Shown here piece after piece: positions 12,801 through 26,000 of a stretch of DNA of 64,000 nt. Every line of letters starts with the position of its first letter. Position 1 is the stretch's first letter. The position numbers and the translations under genes are program-made. Source of the stretch: Fimbriosthenelais zetlandica. Taxonomy: Eukaryota. Under the pieces are notes generated by a model. It did not search any database. It was not told the DNA's origin and worked only from the letters and a program-made list of their open reading frames with translations. The DNA is taken from contig OZ365118.1 in NCBI GenBank assembly GCA_977030845.1, forward strand, positions 16,306,001 through 16,370,000, in the 5' to 3' direction.

Positions 12801-15800
12801 ATCAGGTTTATACCGCTGTTACGTGCTGCTTCTCCTGCCCTCTCATCAACAAATTCCACCTGAAATGTCTTTCAGATTCACAAGGACTAACTTATGGTAT
12901 CCATTTTGGATAGAAAACTTTAGTACAGGCTGCATTATACTTTGCTATGATGCAGCTCTCACACTGAGCCGAAAGACGCCAACCCACTGATAGATGTAGT
13001 TTCCGATCTTTGTATCTCAGGATTTGCACACTGTTATAAATCTAACTTCTTTACCAGTTTGGCACAGTTCAGACCAGTTAAATTAATGGCTAAAACAGGC
13101 CACATTGCATAATAACATTAAACATTAAGGCAAATGGTTCTGGATTGAATAATACAAAGGGCTGATTAATCATTGGGTGATCAGGTCGATTTTTAATAAT
13201 CCAAATATCCATCGATCCGTCAGCCTGATGTGTGAACATCATATAACTGTATTATAAGCCCTCATAGTTGGGGATAGTGAGCCATTACTAGCAGAATTTC
13301 AACATGGTGCGGAATCCCTTGATTTGTGTCCTTTACCAGGGTGAAAAAGTAAATGACTGGGAGTAAATTTGCCTCACCCCTGATTCTGTATTCATCACCC
13401 TGCAGCGCTGCCCAGATCGCGTCCATAACTCACCAGATATCTACCCTCAACAAACAAGGCTTCTTTCTAACTTTCTTCGCCTTTTATAAGGCATCGTGTC
13501 TGCTACCTGCATGGGTCCTGGACATTCTCAGACACAATCAGTGAGTCAGTGTATATTAGTTTAACGTCCAGTCAGCAATTTTTCAGTTTTCTCAGGTCGA
13601 GGTACAATTGTACACAACGGCCTGCTTTACTTGCCTTAGACAGTGAGAGACATGACAGAATGGTTTTCAGTTATAAGTCCCTGGGGCCTAAAAGCATCCC
13701 AGGCACCATACAGGAAAACCTTGTAAATAAAAGCCATTAAGTGAAGACATTTCAAATGGTAATGATAGGAAATTCAAAAGCTGGACACTCCACAAATAAT
13801 AACCTTTCAGTCTGTGAAAGTCGGAATGAGTCAATGAACTGAAACTTTGAATTATTCTATTGTGCTTTTTATCTCTTTTCGCCCACTCGATCTCTTAAAG
13901 TTCCCTGTTTAATTTAATGTTCATTTTCTAGTTTGGATCTTTTTATTTTTTAAATTTCATATCAATTCTTATGACCTTTCTTAAAAACCTGATGGGTCGT
14001 GCAGTCGGCTTCATCCAGGCCTCACAAAAGCAGACTACGGCAAAATGATGGTACCTTCTATCTCGACCTGGATACATTCCTATTCTTCTGCACTTTTGCC
14101 ATGTATGGCAACTATCCAAAGATCCAAGATCTGATCACCTCTGTTCCTATAATACTATTGATTCTTATCGTTCTGAATCAAGAGGCAAACGCATCTTAGA
14201 CCTTAGAGGTCAATGACCTGAAGTTACTCGAGCTTACAAACAGACTACTCACGGACCATCTCGTGAGTAGGTGAGTAACTCATGAGTAACTCATCATCAG
14301 TAGTAGCAGTAGCGGGTGGTCCCACAGGCTACTACTCACTTACACACCTCGCCTCCCCATCAATGTGAGGACTGCCCTGGAAGACTTTCCCTACACAAAT
14401 TACTATACCTACCTACCACTCCATCAGACGAGCCGCTCACTGGAGCAGCTTTGAGCAGTTCACAATGATGTGACCTACTTCACCACTGAGGAGCACCTGA
14501 GATGGGTAGAGGTGGGGTGAAGTCTCAATGGTGGAAAATTGAATGACTGATGGGTATAGTTTCAGGCCAAACAAACACTGTTACTATTGGCAAAACTATT
14601 TAGTGTGTCTGACATAGCTATTTTTACTGGCAAATGTGTCAAGGAAGAACTTGATGGCCTCTAAACTGAAGCAGTTAAGTTATGTAACCAATAACAGTAG
14701 GATTGTCCATTGTACTGTCTAAACAAGTACCCTGTATTCTAGGTCAGCTCCACTTAAAATGGGTCTTCAGTCCTTGCAAATCTTTGGGACGTTAGGAGTT
14801 TAGGAATTTGCAACGAGAAACTGCAAGAACTGCAAGGCAAGATTCATGGAGTGTTGGAGTAATTAATAATCTGATTCATTGGGGCAATTAATCAGGAAAA
14901 TGAAAATCAAAAAGTGAGATATTTTGTTAGAAACGTGCATGGACAAAGTGCTGCCCTGACTGTGTTCTGGTACCGTAGCTGGAGGTGTCGGTATACCAAT
15001 GCCACGAGGTGAAAGATCAAGACAGCCTTGTAATGTTAAGCTGCTATACTCTGTACCACCTCCGGTTCAGCGAAAAACACCTGGAGGTTCAGCAGGCTAG
15101 GGCTTTGATGTGTCCCCGCGAACACAACTTGTCATGGAGTGCAATGGCTTGGCTGCATGGGGTCCTGAAACCAGGGAAGCCAACTGCTGTGTCGGGGTGT
15201 AAATGGATAGATTCATGAGCCTTCTACTTGTAGACAGATTTATAGGCAATCAATCTTCCATGCCACAGGGGGATTTGTTACTTTTTCATTAGAAAAAAGT
15301 GGAATTTTTGCCTTTATTTCAATGAGGGATTAATCATAAGTCTGTTAGGAACACATGCCTGGTCGGTCAGGGGAGTAGAGGTCTACACGGGAAGCCTGTT
15401 AGTTCTGTTGTTTTTGTAGGTTTGGAAAGTTGGGTATGTTAAGGGGGTTAAGGTTCATCTATGAAAAGTGACTTTCGGATAGTTTACTCTGGATGGGAAT
15501 ATATGATCGGTGGGGAATTAGGAAGGGGAGAAGAGGGCATGGCAGGGGGAGTCAGAATGTGGGAGAATGATAGCAGGAGTGAGAAGGGAAAAGGTGAGAG
15601 CTGGAAGAAGTATGGCTGATTCAGTTTTGAAAAAAAAGACTGATCTGATAATCAGAAATGTAAGAAATAGAAGAAGTATTAGGTGGGAGAGAACAAAAAT
15701 CTAGGAAAACAGGAGCAGAAGAGCAAGAGGAGAAAAGGGCATATTGTCCTGATAAAACTTGTCCTGAATCTGAGGAGCAGGAGCAGTGCATGGAAAAAGT

Positions 15801-16138
15801 GAAATAATGAAGGACAATGAGCGGATCAGATCTGGTGTTAGGAGAGCAGCTCTGTTAGATGGCGCTCGTGCCCAGCAGGGATTACACCTTTGTTCGTGTG
15901 TGTTAAACATATTAGCTGGCTTTGACCTTTTCTCTGGAGACAGGCCCTTAACACCCATATGGTGAAGAGCTTCACTCTAAAGGTTGCCACAACCTGGTGC
16001 CTCCATTCAATCTATACAGGACGGGTTCAACAAAAGGCCCACAATACAAATCTAGGACTTTTTTGAACAGGTGTAAATGGAAGAAAACCTCATGTCCACG
16101 ATGACCCTTTAAGATGTTGCTCCATTGAGATTGGACGC

Positions 16139-16168
16139 TAGGGTTAGGGTTAGGTTAGAGACGTTAGG
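16139..16168 (+). repeat. Short degenerate TTAGGG-like run
   Basis: tagggttagggttaggttagagacgttagg. Confidence 0.6.
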
Positions 16169-17294
16169 AACTACCAAAGACTCAGAAGTCGAGAAGGAGC
16201 AATGGGACATGCAGTGCAATACTTGGATACTGCAGTAAACTTTCATGTTATGGTTTGCATCACTGACATGTATGATCCCATCCCTTTAAAACCTTCAGTT
16301 TCAGATCGAAAAAAACTTTATGTAAGAAAAGGTGAGAGATGCGATACCTGCTGAAATGAATCATTAAAACCTCTACTCGTGGATGAGATGAGGGGAGGGA
16401 AGAAAGTGACTGACAATCTGGTTAAAATAATGAGCTTCCCACTCCCAATACATAACACCTTCTCTGTGTCCATTAAACCAAGGTGTGTTTTCTAAAAGTT
16501 CTCATTTCTTCTCTCAAACTTGTTAAAGTCAATCCCATGGTTTTTCTTAATACTCGCAGACTTTTAAGCACTATTTTCATCTTATAATCTCGCATACAAA
16601 CAGTCCATACCCTGGGTTACTGGAGAGAGGGGAACATCCATATCTTTCCATGTCAATTCCAATCTATCGGATCAATAATAGTAAAATATCACTTCAGTAA
16701 TGTGATCATCGGTTGGGGCTTCCACTGAACTGGTTCTGCTGGGGCTGCATGAGAGGTATGCCTCCAAATCTTGGATCAAGTGATTATATTTCTGATTAGG
16801 TATGAGGGATTTATGCTAGATAACTCGTGCTAGCAGTTACTTTATCATAAGGAATGATAGTTTTGATACCACTTGGTGCGAAACACATGGTTCAAGTCAC
16901 TTAAGATGTCTTGCTTCATTGGTAAAGGAACATGTTACTTTCCTTAGGTGGTGCTGGAAATTGAACAAGTATCCTCAGAATGCACATGAAAAGATGTGTG
17001 CCAGTCGTTATCACCCTTCAAACTGTAGTTGAAAAAATACGGTGTTGAGAAAGAAAGGTTAGGGCACTAAAATGCCATAACTGAACTTTGTTCCAGCTCC
17101 TTTTGACTGTTACAAATTATCCTTAACTTTTAACAGATTTCGGTTCAAATTAACGCCACTCTCCTGCACTAATCCAAGTCAATATTGCTGTACTATATCG
17201 CCTTCATATACTGACCAACTTCCATCTTTATCTGATTTCATTTACAGGACAAAAAACACAGGAATCATTAACTATCTGCCTGCCCATCAGATTC

Positions 17295-17380
17295 CGGGGA
17301 TCTACTTCCGGTTAGCTCGGACCTGAACTAAGCAAACATTGGCTGTGCAATGCTCGACCAATCAGAGGGACGTAAAACCT
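17295..17380. promoter_or_regulatory. Promoter-like cluster (ETS, opposed CCAAT boxes)
   Basis: ACTTCCGG 17304-17311; ATTGG 17338; CCAATCAG 17358. Confidence 0.35.
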
Positions 17381-19902
17381 CACCAGAATCACAATAAGGG
17401 ATGTGAGATTAATCTCCCGACATCACCTTTATGTTGGTCATCTATAATCAAGTAAGTCTCTAACGTATAACTCAACAACTTCTGATTGAACTGAGTAATA
17501 TTTTGTATTATATTACTTATAACTCCTTCAATTAGGTTCAATCTATCAAAGCACCAATGGCTGATCTTCAGTATCACAATTATAGACTTTTTAATGACTT
17601 TATAGTCTAGAACCTTCCCCATGTTCTTCCCTCTCACGCTCATTGTTCAGGAATACAATTACAAACTGATTTAAAGTTTCTAAACTTTAAAGTCGTGGGT
17701 AAAAATATAGCATTTTCAGTGATTGATCAGTGTAATCTAGTCTGTACATGTTCCAATTCCTGGCCGGGTTTCCCGCTCAGTGCTACACTAATTAAACACC
17801 CATCCTCAGTAATCCTTCAGTGATTGAAAAGGAATCTTCTTATAATGAGGAAGAACCCCTTGTCTTCTAACGTGTTGGCTTTGGTTTTGGACAGATAAAG
17901 TACTCTCTCACGGAGTAGATCAACTGTAGGAGACACATCTCGATGTCTGTGATAGAACACATCTTGTTACACCACTGGGAAGTTTTCTTTTCTCCAATTT
18001 ACATTCTATTATTGTGGGTAGTTATTCCTAAGTCTATAAGGCCAACAGAAGGAAGTTCTAGGCTCTAGATCTTCTTTTCTCTCGATCCCTGAACAACTCA
18101 CATAGCTTTGTAAGAAAAATCCAGAGTAGTTCAGAATTCTAAGTATCCCCTCCTCAACTTCTCCAGAAGCCTTTGTTTTTACTGTTGTTGGTAAAGCTCT
18201 GCAATTACACAAGATAAGTACTTAAATAAGTACAACGACCAATATAGAAGACAAACTATCGCTGGTCAGGGAAATCTGACATCCTACTGCTCCCCATTTC
18301 TTCACTTTTACAACTACTTCTCAACATCATTATCCCTCAGAACTGTCCAAAAGGCGCCAAGATAACGGCCACTGTTCACACGAATATACCATTTATGAAC
18401 ATTGTAACTAGGTTTATGATAAGATTTCCTGGTCATAAGGAACATACGTGGTCTTCTGATCTAAGTTCGGGGTCACCAAGGACTGCAGCTCGCCTTAAAC
18501 ATTCATATTACACGAGTTTGCCATACTGGTTTTAGATTTTAAAATCCAGTTTCTTATGTTGCAGCACAGAACTGTTAAAGTTCATTCTGTTTCTTTGCGA
18601 ATTAAAGGACATTGTGGAGTGCATTCATGTCTGTATTCGTCCTTGATAAGCCTATAACATGCCAGCATTTATAGTGACAGTAGGTCTTTATGATGATTGT
18701 ATTGACTCTGGCTTGTTGCTGTCTTATTGATGCCCTCATATAAATAACAAACCTGCACCTGAACCCCCTACTGGCCTACACACAATGAAGCTTTGATCTG
18801 ACAATAATAAACCCTGGCAGTCTTATATCTGTGTATATATGGGGTGAATATTAAAGGCTGGATCCTGGTGTTGAAAAGGGAATAAACTGACAGGTTGACT
18901 CCTGTCGTCCCCAAGAAATTTATTTGGAACAATAAACCAAACTATTTGTATACCATATACTAAAGGCTACTTCAAAAGGATCAAAGGTTTTGTCCATTTC
19001 TGAAGGTGTTGCATGTTGTTCGTTCGTCTTTAAAGCATTGTTACCTTGTCAAGTTAATAATATAATATTATTCATCTCTACTGACAGAAGTGTACACGAA
19101 GACCAACATGCTATTTTGGGAAATATACAAAATACTTGATGTTTTTGGGTTGGTTCCAGGGCCAGCATACATCCTAGTATTTCCCGGTAACTATCTCAGT
19201 CAGTGTGCTCATTTTGCTAATGTTTCCTCTTCCTATTAAAAGATCCATCACATATTAAAAGGTCTATTCATCCTATTAAATTCAATCTTTAATTGTCTAT
19301 TCAGTCTTTTGAATCCAGCTTATCAATAAGTTTGCGCATCACATTAAACCCCAGCCTTTCATATAGCTAGTCCTTTAAATCCATATTAAATCCATGTTTG
19401 ATTACATTCAATGGTCTATAGGCACCCTGGCTGACAAGCCGATATTTCCTGATGATTTCTACCATATTAATTGGTCTAGTCACAAACAGTAACTGCACTA
19501 TAGGATTATAGTATCATAAATCAGAATGGCGGGCTCTGTATGGAAAAGGGCGCCTTTAAGGCTGAGCCAAGCTCGGGTTGTTTATGTGATGATGTAAAGG
19601 TGGGCCCGCACATGAGACCATGCTTTGTTCTTTGTGAGTGTCGGTTAGCTTGATTTCGTGATGAAGCTTATACTTTAGCTTTACCTGAGCCTCTTGCTTT
19701 ACCCGACTCACCTTCATGCTGTCATGCTTGTAGTTTGTATATGGGAGTTAAAGGGGGATGTCTTCGTGAAAGGTAGAGTATGGCAAACCAACGGGTATTC
19801 TACACTCGATGGGTGTACGTGCATGGAACCGACCAAGGACATGATTGTATACATGGGTCGCTTGGAAAGAGGAAGCAGCAAGATGATAGAATGAGTGAGA
19901 TA

Positions 19903-20045
19903 AAGAGGGAGAGAGGGAGTAGCGAGAGAGCGAGAGAGGAGAAAGAGAGGGAGGAGAGAGAGGAGGGGGACAGAGAGAGGGACAGAGAGAGGGAGGAGAG
20001 AGAGAGAGGAGGGGGAGAGGGAGGAGAGAGAGAGAGTGGAGGGGG
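19903..20045. repeat. GA-rich low-complexity / microsatellite tract
   Basis: Nearly pure G/A; it produces the three overlapping spurious ORFs at 19714-20120. Confidence 0.95.
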
Positions 20046-23000
20046 AATGAAAGTGTTGCAGCACTTTCGATTTTTGGGTTCGGTTATAAAACATGCTAAG
20101 AGAAGGTAGGATGAGTACATAACATGGTAAAGCCTCCTTTAATACTTGTTCTTGTCTGGTCTACTTTGTACAAGAGGAAGATATAAAGTCACATTGAGTG
20201 CACTGTGACTCTGCATGCAACTCCTGGATCCCGCCAAATGAAGTCAGACAGGGCAGCAATGTTTGACGGAAAGGAACATCTTCAAAGATGCTTTAATGCT
20301 ACGATGGAAGAATAGCTCCTTCACACCCAAACTTCCCATCTCTACCCGGGCTCAAATTCCCCAACATCAGGCAAACATCTACCTGACACAGGTTCATCTG
20401 ACAAAAACACAGGTGAAATGCTTAGATCAACCTCGATATTCCAAGAACAAGTCGGCGGAAAACCTCCAAAATCATCGGTAAAAGTTAACCGAGATACACG
20501 AGTGTCTTTACAGAATTTAATTCAGAATTCAGATGAAATTATGGGGGATGTCCACAGTATAATAGATCTTTTTCTGTGGAATTCAACACAGATCAGAAGA
20601 ATCCAGAAGAATGTGTTTCAGGATTACAGCTAAGAGAATGAAATCCCAGGTCAATAAATAGACGATCAGCTTGGACCATCCTGACCATCAAAACTAAGAG
20701 AACCTTTCTTACAGATTTGTCTGCTTCAATTTCCTTCGTAAATCTTTACTGATACTCTAAAGAAGGATGAGCTATAGCGATCCCGTACCGATTCTTCTCA
20801 GCCACAAAAGATTTAGTTGCAGAAGCTTTTTGCACTTAATCAATTAACTGTGAGAGACAAGAACAATATGACCTGCTGCATGAACCCGCTAAGGCTTTTG
20901 CGTGTTTCATTAAAGGCAAATGAAGATTTAAAGAATGGTACTTTTGCTGATAGAAGAAATGGACAAATTTATGAGAGCTCATTCTAAAATAATCAACCAG
21001 CTTCATACTATGTGAATAACCAAATTCTTTGTAAAAGTTAAGGGCAACATGATGGACAATATATGGAGTGACATTGCGGATTGTGATTTCCATGCAGGCT
21101 GCAATTAACCCAGCCTATCCATGTAGGTCTATATAATATATAACGCCTGGCTAATCTCATAATCCAGAGATGAATGAGATTAGAGCAGAAGTGATTAGCC
21201 GGAAATAATCAATATCATAGTCAGTGATGCATGGAGCGTATAGATATGTCTAATCAAGGGTCTATAGCGAGAAGCAATACATTTGGTGCAGAAGAAGACA
21301 CATCTTCTAGAGATATACCTTCTAGTTCTATACAAACTTGCGCACTTGATTCGCTCTTCTCCTAAGTTTCTAACTATAGATTGATTTAGTTATATTCATG
21401 CAATTCCTTTGCAAAAGTCGCAATGTCAATCTGTTTGCCCAAATCCTGCATATTTTGGGGGGAATTCATTGACCGATATATGCATCTTCACTAAAATTAA
21501 GGAAGGGAATTGGAAAAGTGCATTGATATCGTCAACATAGCATTATAAACTACTCTTTACTTAAAATATCCTCGCATGCATGGCACTGGGGCGAGAGGCA
21601 TGTAAGGCTACAGATGTATTATTCATACAAATCAACATTGATTGTGATTGCTGTTTTGGCAAGAAGAGATGACGATTGTGAATTGCTGCCTTAAATAAAG
21701 AGGACTTGGTGCGGCAGGTGCGGCAAACGGTGCATGCAAGCATAAAGCTCTGTTCATGGCCAATTATTTCCATTTAAGATGTTCATTTCCCACTCCTATA
21801 CCCGAGTGAGCATTGCGTGTATGGTTCCTCGGCTGAGGGTTATTTCCCATTTATGTTAGAACTTTTTCTTTGCCCAGTATTTGTAGGCTATCGATATCGT
21901 TCCCGGGTCCTTCTATTATTTGTGTGGTAGGGAAATAAGGCAGTAAAGAAAGGGAAATGCATGATGCGAGCTTTAATTGGCAAAATACATTCAGAAGTGC
22001 AGGAACTGTTCCTTTGTAATAAGCTCTAAGAGTGTACGAATGTTGAATGGTAGTATAGGTCTCTAATCGAGATAAGATCAATAAATAACACGGCATTTCC
22101 CGGCGATAAAGTAGTAAGACTTGTACTTGAAGCATGAAAAGTGTTGCTTTAGATGTAACTATTAAATACTAGTATGCAATGCCTGATCCTTTCAACATAG
22201 CTCTTCTCTCTCAGATTGCCTACTATAAGCCCATATCGATACCTTACCTTTGTGGCTGATTGTTATGAAAATAGTTGATCACATTTATCATTTTAATTGT
22301 TGTCTTTGCCTCCGGGTGGGCTAACCACATCTCCTATCAGACTTTCATTACATGGCATCACGTCAGTGGTGATATTTAATCAAGTAATTTCTTTGGATTG
22401 TGTTCCCTCCTTTTCGCGACTTTGTGGCTAGACCACACGCACAAAAGCCTTTGCCCTTGATTTACAATGTCATGGCGGGGAACTAAAATAGTAAGGGTTT
22501 ATTCATCAATCTTCTTCCTTTAATCAGTGAAGTACATTCCAGAAAAAAGTGTTCTCATTTAGAGCCTGGAAATCTTTTCTGCCTTCTCTGCCCATAAACA
22601 TTTTGCTCAAGTGTAATAAATTTGGCCTTGAAATGGAAAAGGCTCTGTGAATAAGCAAGAAGGTTGAGTGTTAAAAATAGCCGGAACTATAGGTGTGAGC
22701 AAGTCTCAGGGATGAGTGACCTTCACTAAGAGACTGGCGAGCAATTAGTGAGCTGGTAATGAGCAGTTGTCGCTGCCTTAAGTAGTAGAGAGGCCTTCAC
22801 ATGACATACATAGGATTTAGGATTCACGACAAGTTATATCTCTACCTTGCTTTAAAGATGTAATGTTCTCTTAATGGGATTTGTAGCTATAACAAGAACA
22901 AGTAAAGTGTTGTTTTAACACCAAAAGGTACGTTAGGTTTGTGATTTAAATGTTTTAAAACAAAAAAGTCAGTCCAGAAGCTAGCCTACTGAGTCATTCT

Positions 23001-26000
23001 CCGAAAACTGACAGAGGGGTTCATGTTCTGGTTACTAATCATAAAATAAATGTTGTGACATCTAATCATGTTTCTTGCTGAAAGGTTATGGCCATGTGTC
23101 TAGCACCGATCTTGTCAGAGGTGTATGCAGAAAAGCCCAACTTTCTGTGAAGAGTTCCTGGGCCTTCGAACTATATCCTTACTAAAGATTCAATACCCGC
23201 ATGGAAGTACGTTGAGGATAGGTAAATGCCTGGTGAGAGAAATGTAGAAAGAAAGATTGATAAATGATGCTTACCAGTGATATATGATGGACACATACAG
23301 GTGTCTGCCTTATCGTTCAGTGACTTCCTTTCAAAGCCTCGTGAACAGCAGGGAGTAGACCCAGCGGCCGATTGTAGGAGCTAGGCCTACGGTACTACTC
23401 AAAATACGATGGAACTGTTCTTCTACAAGACCCCAACTTCAATCCACTTGATCCTCTCAAATTTATTTTCTGAAATGGTATTAAAAACCTCTTTAAATCC
23501 CGAAATACTCCAGATTCAAGATAACTTGAATCTCAAGCCCATTCCTGAGAAACATGAGAAGAAATAGTTCGGACATATTTCATGCTTTGAAGAAAACCCC
23601 ATCAGGAACTGTCAATCAAATTTCTAGAGCATTTCCCTGGAATATTCCCCTCATGCCCGTCACTACTGTTTTCCTTGAGGCGTCAGGGGTCGCTTCCTGT
23701 CCTCCCGCCACTTCTCATTGGCTGAAATCAACCTGAGGACACTATGAGCGGAGGGCTAGTTAGTATCAGGGGAAACAGCATGGAAACTGTGGCTAGAACT
23801 TAGACGAACCTGAACAAATGCAGTTCAAGTTCGGATCCTATTATAGGAGATACCCTTCCAACACAAAATATGTGTTTCTATTGGTTGTAGGTGCTACGGT
23901 ACATGCAATTCATACAGGCTTCCTTAACTTTTAACAACTTTAATCAAAGCTTGCTAGGAACTGCTTCTACCGAATTATCTCATGGAAGACTTCAAGATAA
24001 GATTAGATTCTCATGGAGGCATCAATCTTGATCTATCGTCCCACCACACTCGGAGATACTCCCAACAGAATGCCATTCCATGTTCCTCCAGGGCAGACTC
24101 CAATGAATGCTGCGAGAACCAAAACTAAAGCCAGGTTCTGCGAAAACTATAAACAGTCAATAAATTGTCTCCCTCTCATTCTACTCTTCATCAACTCAAA
24201 TCTCCATCTCTCGACAGTGCAATGGTTAGTGTCACTACCGAAATACCATCGGATGGTAAGGCAATTCGCTGAAGCAATTTTTAAAAATTCGGTCAGTCAC
24301 GGTCTTTGGAGATTTTCACGTATACATTTCCAAGATCTACGCACTACTTTAAGGGAGTATTCCAAAGCATAGCCTAGTGAAATACAATATCGTTTCTGTG
24401 AAACCTTAGGTTTACTTGAGTAGAAATCTCCCCAGACTGCGACTCTAGTAAATATCAATGTTCTACTTGTCTTGCACTCTGTTTTAGTGCACCACCTTCG
24501 ATTCAGTATCATAACAAGGAATGTAGTTGTCTATAACTTGATGTATGGATGTTAGAATTACCTCCCCTGGCGGTCCTTATGCCTGGGCTCATCATCCCCT
24601 ATACCTTTAAGCTTCTTACTGCACTGAATCCAGTTTTTATTCAATCACTTCTAACTAAAGATTACTTCAGTCCTGTCTGGAAAAGTTCATCAAGGAAGTT
24701 TTCAGGACATGGAAGTGCACCAAGAACTTTAGAAGCAAAGAGGTGATCTATAGGATCATAAAATAACATCCTCAAGCTCAAGATATGTAAATTGATCAAA
24801 TGAAATTTAAAATCTAAAGATCCGAGTTGAGACGGGCATGGAAACAAATTGCCCATGGGCCTATATACCAAATACATACATAGCAATATGGAATATACAT
24901 ACATTGTATGGATGCAATTCACAGGGCCCTGTTGCTATTTGCCAGGAAGAACAAAATTGGGGAAAAAAACAGATTTGGCAGTTGGATTCAGTTTAGCTCT
25001 TGCTGTTTCACCTGTCTAATCTAGGCGGGATCTAAAATAAGAAATATCATCATCGACCGACATCCCCCAACTACCGAACAGGGGAGAGAGGGTGGCCAAG
25101 AGCCAAGAAAAACACGCTTACGTTTTACTCGCTTTGGGTTTGTCTGTTAAACCTGGCAGAAATATGACAATGGAATCAATAGAGAGAGATTGATCAATGT
25201 AAATGATCAAGTTAGGGGATGAGCAGTTGGCAGTGGGAAGGGAGAGGCTTCCTCCACATTATTGTGTTAGTCTCATATGGGGACAGACTCTCTCACACAC
25301 AGCCGCAGCTAGCGATGCGGTTACTGGAAATAGAAATGTGGAGTGAGAAATTATGCATTCATAAAGCTTGGCACTTTCGGACCTCGTTTGAGGACAATTT
25401 TAGATCAGGTATAATTGGAAAGAAATGGGTGCAAAACTCGGTTTTAAAAGGGTCAACAAGTTCCAATAGCTTGATGGGGACAACCCAGGGCATTTGCAAA
25501 TGTCTGTATAATATTGCCCTTATATTGGTCCACTAATATTACCTTCTGGAATGTTTGTGTCACTCAGGGGTAGGCCTACGCTAAGCTCTGCCACTTGTGA
25601 GACAAAAGTTGTGAGGGCACTCCTGTTCTGCCAAACCATCTTCCCAGATGGGACCCTCGTTTGGCTATATTCCTTTATAAGTTCTTGATATACATATTCA
25701 TGGATTTATGAATATTAATAACTTCACAGGTCATTTATAATGGAAATGTGTCCTTATGGTTATATCATTGCGGCTGCATTGTCATTATAGAGTGAGCGAT
25801 AATGGGGGTAAATTGGGCGTTGTTATGTATGGGGCTGATGATTCAAACATGAGCAACTCTTGATTGTGACGTCAATGTATGCACCCACTGAACTGCTTCA
25901 CGCTTGGTCAGAGCAGCTCTCCTGCTCATCATAAGTCACTGCCCCAGATGATGATCAGGCAAGGTAACAGCTAAAAAAGAGCTGTTCCCATAGCCGACAA

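Noticed and set aside
16139-16168. Interstitial telomere / chromosome-healing scar
   Set aside because: Only about two perfect TTAGGG units; such runs are common in repeat ends.
19714-20120. Three overlapping ORFs over 100 aa
   Set aside because: Artefacts of the stop-free GA/CT microsatellite.
21851-21920. Parvoviral PLA2 motif (GPGN)
   Set aside because: No preceding Y-x-G and no HDxxY downstream.
25219-25860. LINE RT remnant (GTTQG ... YGADD)
   Set aside because: The motifs are ~350 nt apart, far more than in LINE RTs, and each match is poor.
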